DNA from: Cyanophora paradoxa CCMP329 | Lineage: Eukaryota > Plantae > Glaucophyta | Reading direction: 5' to 3' | Assembly: GCA_004431415.1 (NCBI GenBank) | Contig: QPMI01000597.1 | Coordinates: 1-64,000, forward strand | Length of the DNA: 64,000 nt | Shown: piece after piece, positions 60,873 through 64,000 of the stretch | Position numbering within the stretch: the first letter of the stretch is position 1 | Layout: each line of letters starts with the position of its first letter | Made by a program: the position numbers and the translations under genes | Notes under the pieces: generated by a model | Told to the model about the DNA's origin: nothing | Databases searched by the model: none | Seen by the model: only the letters and a program-made list of their open reading frames with translations

Positions 60873-62352
60873 ATGGAGCGGGAGCGCGAGCGGGTGCTGC
60901 TCGTCGTGGAGGGGACCGGCAACCCGGGGACCTACCCGACGATCGCGGCGGCGTGGGGCGCGGCGAAGAGCATCGGCGCCGTCAGCGACCTCGAGGTTTA
61001 CATCGTCGTGAGGGAGAACGCGGCGCGGCCGCCGGCCTCCCCGGCGGCACGTCTACCCTCCTCGCCGGCCCGCTCGCTGGCGATGAGCCCGAAGCGGCCG
61101 CCGGGGAGCCCCTTGCTGCACTCGCCGGCGCCCTCGAGCCCCGGGGCGGGGAGCCCGAAGAGGGGCGGGGCCAAGGGCGGGGCGGGGGCGGCGTGGGAGG
61201 GCCCGACCTACCTGGACCTGGGGGAGGGGGCGCGGCTCACCGTGGTAGGGGCGGGGCCCGGGGTGACGCTGCGGGCGGGCGGGGGGACGGGGACGGCTCT
61301 CTCGTGCGCCGGCCGCTCCTCCACCGTCCTCTTCCGCAATCTCCGCGTGGAGGGCAAGGCCCGCCCCGCCCCGCCCCGCCCCTCCTTGCCTCTCTGCCTG
61401 CAGCTGAGCCCGCAGCGGGGGGCAGGTGTACCTCGACGGGCGGCAGTGCGAGTGGCGCTTCGAGGAGGTGACGATCGACGGGCGGCAGGCCTCGGGCCCC
61501 GGCGCCGCCCTCGCCGCGGCGGGGCCGGGGCGGGACGGCTCGCTGCTGCGGGTGACGGGGTGCCGGCTGCTGGGGCGGGCGCGGGGGGCGGGGACCGGCC
61601 TCGCGGGGCTCGCCTTCGCGGCGCGGGGCGGCATGCTCCTCTGCTCCGAGAGCGCCCTCGACGGCTTCGACACGGGCCTCGACGTCGCCGGGCCCTGCAC
61701 CCTCGAGGCCCGCCCCCGCCCCGCCCCGCCGCTCTTCCCCGGTCCCCGTGCGACGCGGGGCGGGGGCGGGGCAGGTGACGGGGACGAAGGTGGCGCGGTG
61801 CGCGGGCCGGCGATGCGGCTGCGGGCGCCCGTGACGGGGCGCGTGGAGGCGTGCGACCTCCTCGGCAACCCCGGCGGAGGTGCGCGCCCCCGCCCCTCGC
61901 GCGCCGGCGCCCGGCCTCGCCTGAGGCCCGACGCCGGCCGGGCGCGCAGGCGTGCGCTTCGTGGACGCTGCGGGGCTCGCCTGCGCGCCCTTCCTCGAGG
62001 TCCTCGCCTCCCCGGTCCGCCCGCGCCCTCCCGCCCCCTCACCCTCGCCCCCCGCCGAGGCCACGCACCCCGCCCCCAGACGTGCCCCAGCGTGCCGCCC
62101 TCGGAGGAAGTGGCCCCTGGCGAGGGCCCCGGCCTGCACCTGCAGGGGGCCCCCCTCGCCCGTCCCCCCGGGGACGCGCCGCACTCGCCGCGGCCGTACG
62201 AGGAGGTGGCCGTCCCCCTGCTCGCCGCCCCGCCCCACCGCCTCGCCGCCGCCGCCGCCGCCTCCGCCGGCCTTCCAGAGGGCCGCAGCGAGGCGGCGGC
62301 TATCGCCGAGCAGTGCGCCGCCCTCGCAAGCTCCCTCGGCCGCCGCGCGTAG
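60873..62352 (+). CDS. Hypothetical protein, probable right-handed parallel beta-helix (pectin lyase-like)
   Basis: LVVEGTG..YPTIAAA N-terminal motif; LTVVGAG..VTL; repeated strands VLFRNLRVEG, WRFEEVTIDG, LRVTGCRL, VEACDL. Confidence 0.55.
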
Positions 62353-62996
62353 TCGACTTCAGTTTCCAGCTGCAGTAGAGTTTAGGCCCGAGCGCGAGTT
62401 CGGTTAGCTCATGATCATCGCAGCTAGCGCTCGCGCTAGAGCTCGAGCTGTGTGTACGTTCCGCGGCCGCGGCCGTACTGCGCATGCATGCGCAGCTGTC
62501 GCATAGGCTGGCTTTGCACGAAATTCAAAATATTAATGGCTGATGTTGCCTAGGCATAGTGTTGATGCGATATAGCGCACGTGGGCATGCATGCTCGCGC
62601 GCATGCGCATCAGCAAAAACGCATGCGCGCGCGAAATTGATCGTGGAGCTCGAGAGTGGGGGAAAGAATCCGAGACGGGTATCGGTTCTTTCCGGCTTGT
62701 CTTCTGCGGGCGGTTCCCGGCGACCTTTCTGCGATCTCCGAACGCGAGATCACCGATTAGTGGGCCGCAGCTATCGTCCGGACCGAAGCCGCCCTGCGGG
62801 CCTCAGCGCCGATCACCGACACCCCTGGACAAGCCAGCGAGGAGAAGCGTGGCGAGGAAAGCTTGAATACGCCGCGAGTGCCGCTCATTGCAGCGCGCAC
62901 GCTCCACTCTGCGAGCCGGGCCGAGATCGCGACCACACCCAGCGCTTGAGCGCCTCTGGGAGCGAGCGAGCAGGCGACTCCGCGTGTCGCAGCGAT

Positions 62997-64000
62997 ATGG
63001 TGCGCTTAGCTCGTGTTAACGATGTGCGATCGGTGCCCTCCTCACTCTGCATTGCGGGAGCGCAGGCGAGCTCCAAGAGCGCGGAGGCCGGGGGCAAGCC
63101 AGCGCCAGACGCAGCGGTCCCGAAGAAGGAGCGGCAGTGGCGTGGGCGGCGCCAGAAGGGTTTTATCCCGAACGCCAAGCCCGCATCGGGCGCCGACGAG
63201 AATGCAAAGCCGCAGCCGCCGGCGCCAGCCAAGGCCGCTGAGATCAAGGCTGCATCGGCACCAGCGAGCAGCGGCGCCGGCGCGGGCAGCAAGAAAGGCG
63301 GCGCGAAGAATGCGGAGCAGCCCAAGCAGGCCAAGCAGGGTCAGCCTAAGCAGCCGAAGCAGCAAGGCCAGGCCAAGCAGGAGCCACAACAGCAGGCTCA
63401 AAAGCAGGGCAGCGCGGGCCCCAAGGGGCCCAAGGAAGGCGCCAAGGGAGGCAAGGGCAGCAAGGCGGGCAAGCAAGGCAAGGGTGGCAAAGAGGCGCGC
63501 ACCGCGCCCAGCGCCGCAGCGCAGCGCGCGCCTGACGGCGCCGGCGCAGAACGGGAAGCAGGGCGACGCGGGCAAGGGAGAGGGGGGCCACGCGGCCAAC
63601 GCCGTCAAGGTCCGTGAGCCGCGCGCGGGGCGCCGCCGCGCGGGGCTCGACGCGCGGCGCAGGGCCCCGGCGGGGCGGGCAAGGCGCACGTTCGGTTCGA
63701 GGGCGCGGAGCCGGCGGGGGCGGGGGCGGCGGGGGCGGCGGGGCCGGGGAAGGAGGGGCCGAGGAAGGGGGGCTGGGCGGGGCTGGACAAGGAGGCGGAG
63801 CTGCTGCCGTGGTGGGAGCGGCTGCCGGAGGTGCCCCCCGCGAAGGGCGCGATCCGCCCCGAGGACGTGGCGGGCCTGCGGGGGAAGGCGGAGCGGGCGT
63901 ACGAGCGCGAGGTCGAGCGGCACGACGCGCGCCTCGGCAAGGACGGCGCCCGCGAGGAGACCTGGCTCCGCACCGTCACCAAGGAGGGCACCCTCTCCGA
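62997..64000 (+). CDS. CEBPZ: CCAAT/enhancer-binding protein zeta / Mak21/Noc1 ribosome biogenesis factor (5' part, runs off window)
   Basis: PWWE..LRGKAERAYERE..WLRTVTKEGTLSD. The first coding exon is ATG only (62997-62999), followed by GTGCGC..GCAG. Confidence 0.8.

Noticed and set aside
3481-63991. Hundreds of long Arg/Pro/Gly/Ala-rich ORFs on all frames
   Set aside because: Expected from extreme GC and scarcity of stop codons; they are shadow frames or intron read-through of the spliced genes.

Overview
This is a gene-dense eukaryotic nuclear window with very high GC and many introns. The six-frame ORF track is mostly GC-driven noise, so I reassembled genes by hand across short (mostly ~45-100 nt) introns. 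About 19 spliced genes can be supported. Recognisable products are a BRF/TFIIB-family factor, an EEP/neutral sphingomyelinase-like enzyme, a RAD5/HLTF-type SNF2-RING helicase, an R2R3-MYB, a micro-exon plastid DnaJ-type zinc-finger protein (BSD2/LQY1-like, absent from the ORF track), CFAP74, a soluble adenylyl cyclase (ADCY10-like), a TM-RING-H2 ligase, an SLC25A44-like carrier, a class IV aminotransferase, a CAP+2xLIM fusion, a LYR protein, a PEHE/KANSL1-like protein, a beta-helix-like protein and the 5' end of CEBPZ/Mak21. There are also 4 hypothetical genes. Non-genic elements are an AT-rich repeat island with an inserted small ORF, a decayed internally deleted LINE, a 144-147 bp tandem array built from exon+intron-like units, and an orphan duplicated gene end. 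A flagellar gene plus a Phe-containing plastid transit peptide suggest a flagellated alga, plausibly a glaucophyte (inference only). The most striking window-wide signals are: frequent GC-AG introns with a G[T/C][C/G]CGC donor; introns with C-rich 5' and G-rich 3' ends; alternating blocks of G-ending and C-ending synonymous codons; and palindrome-rich intergenic DNA. Several single-base frameshifts inside conserved motifs look like assembly indels. Gene ends marked approximate are uncertain.
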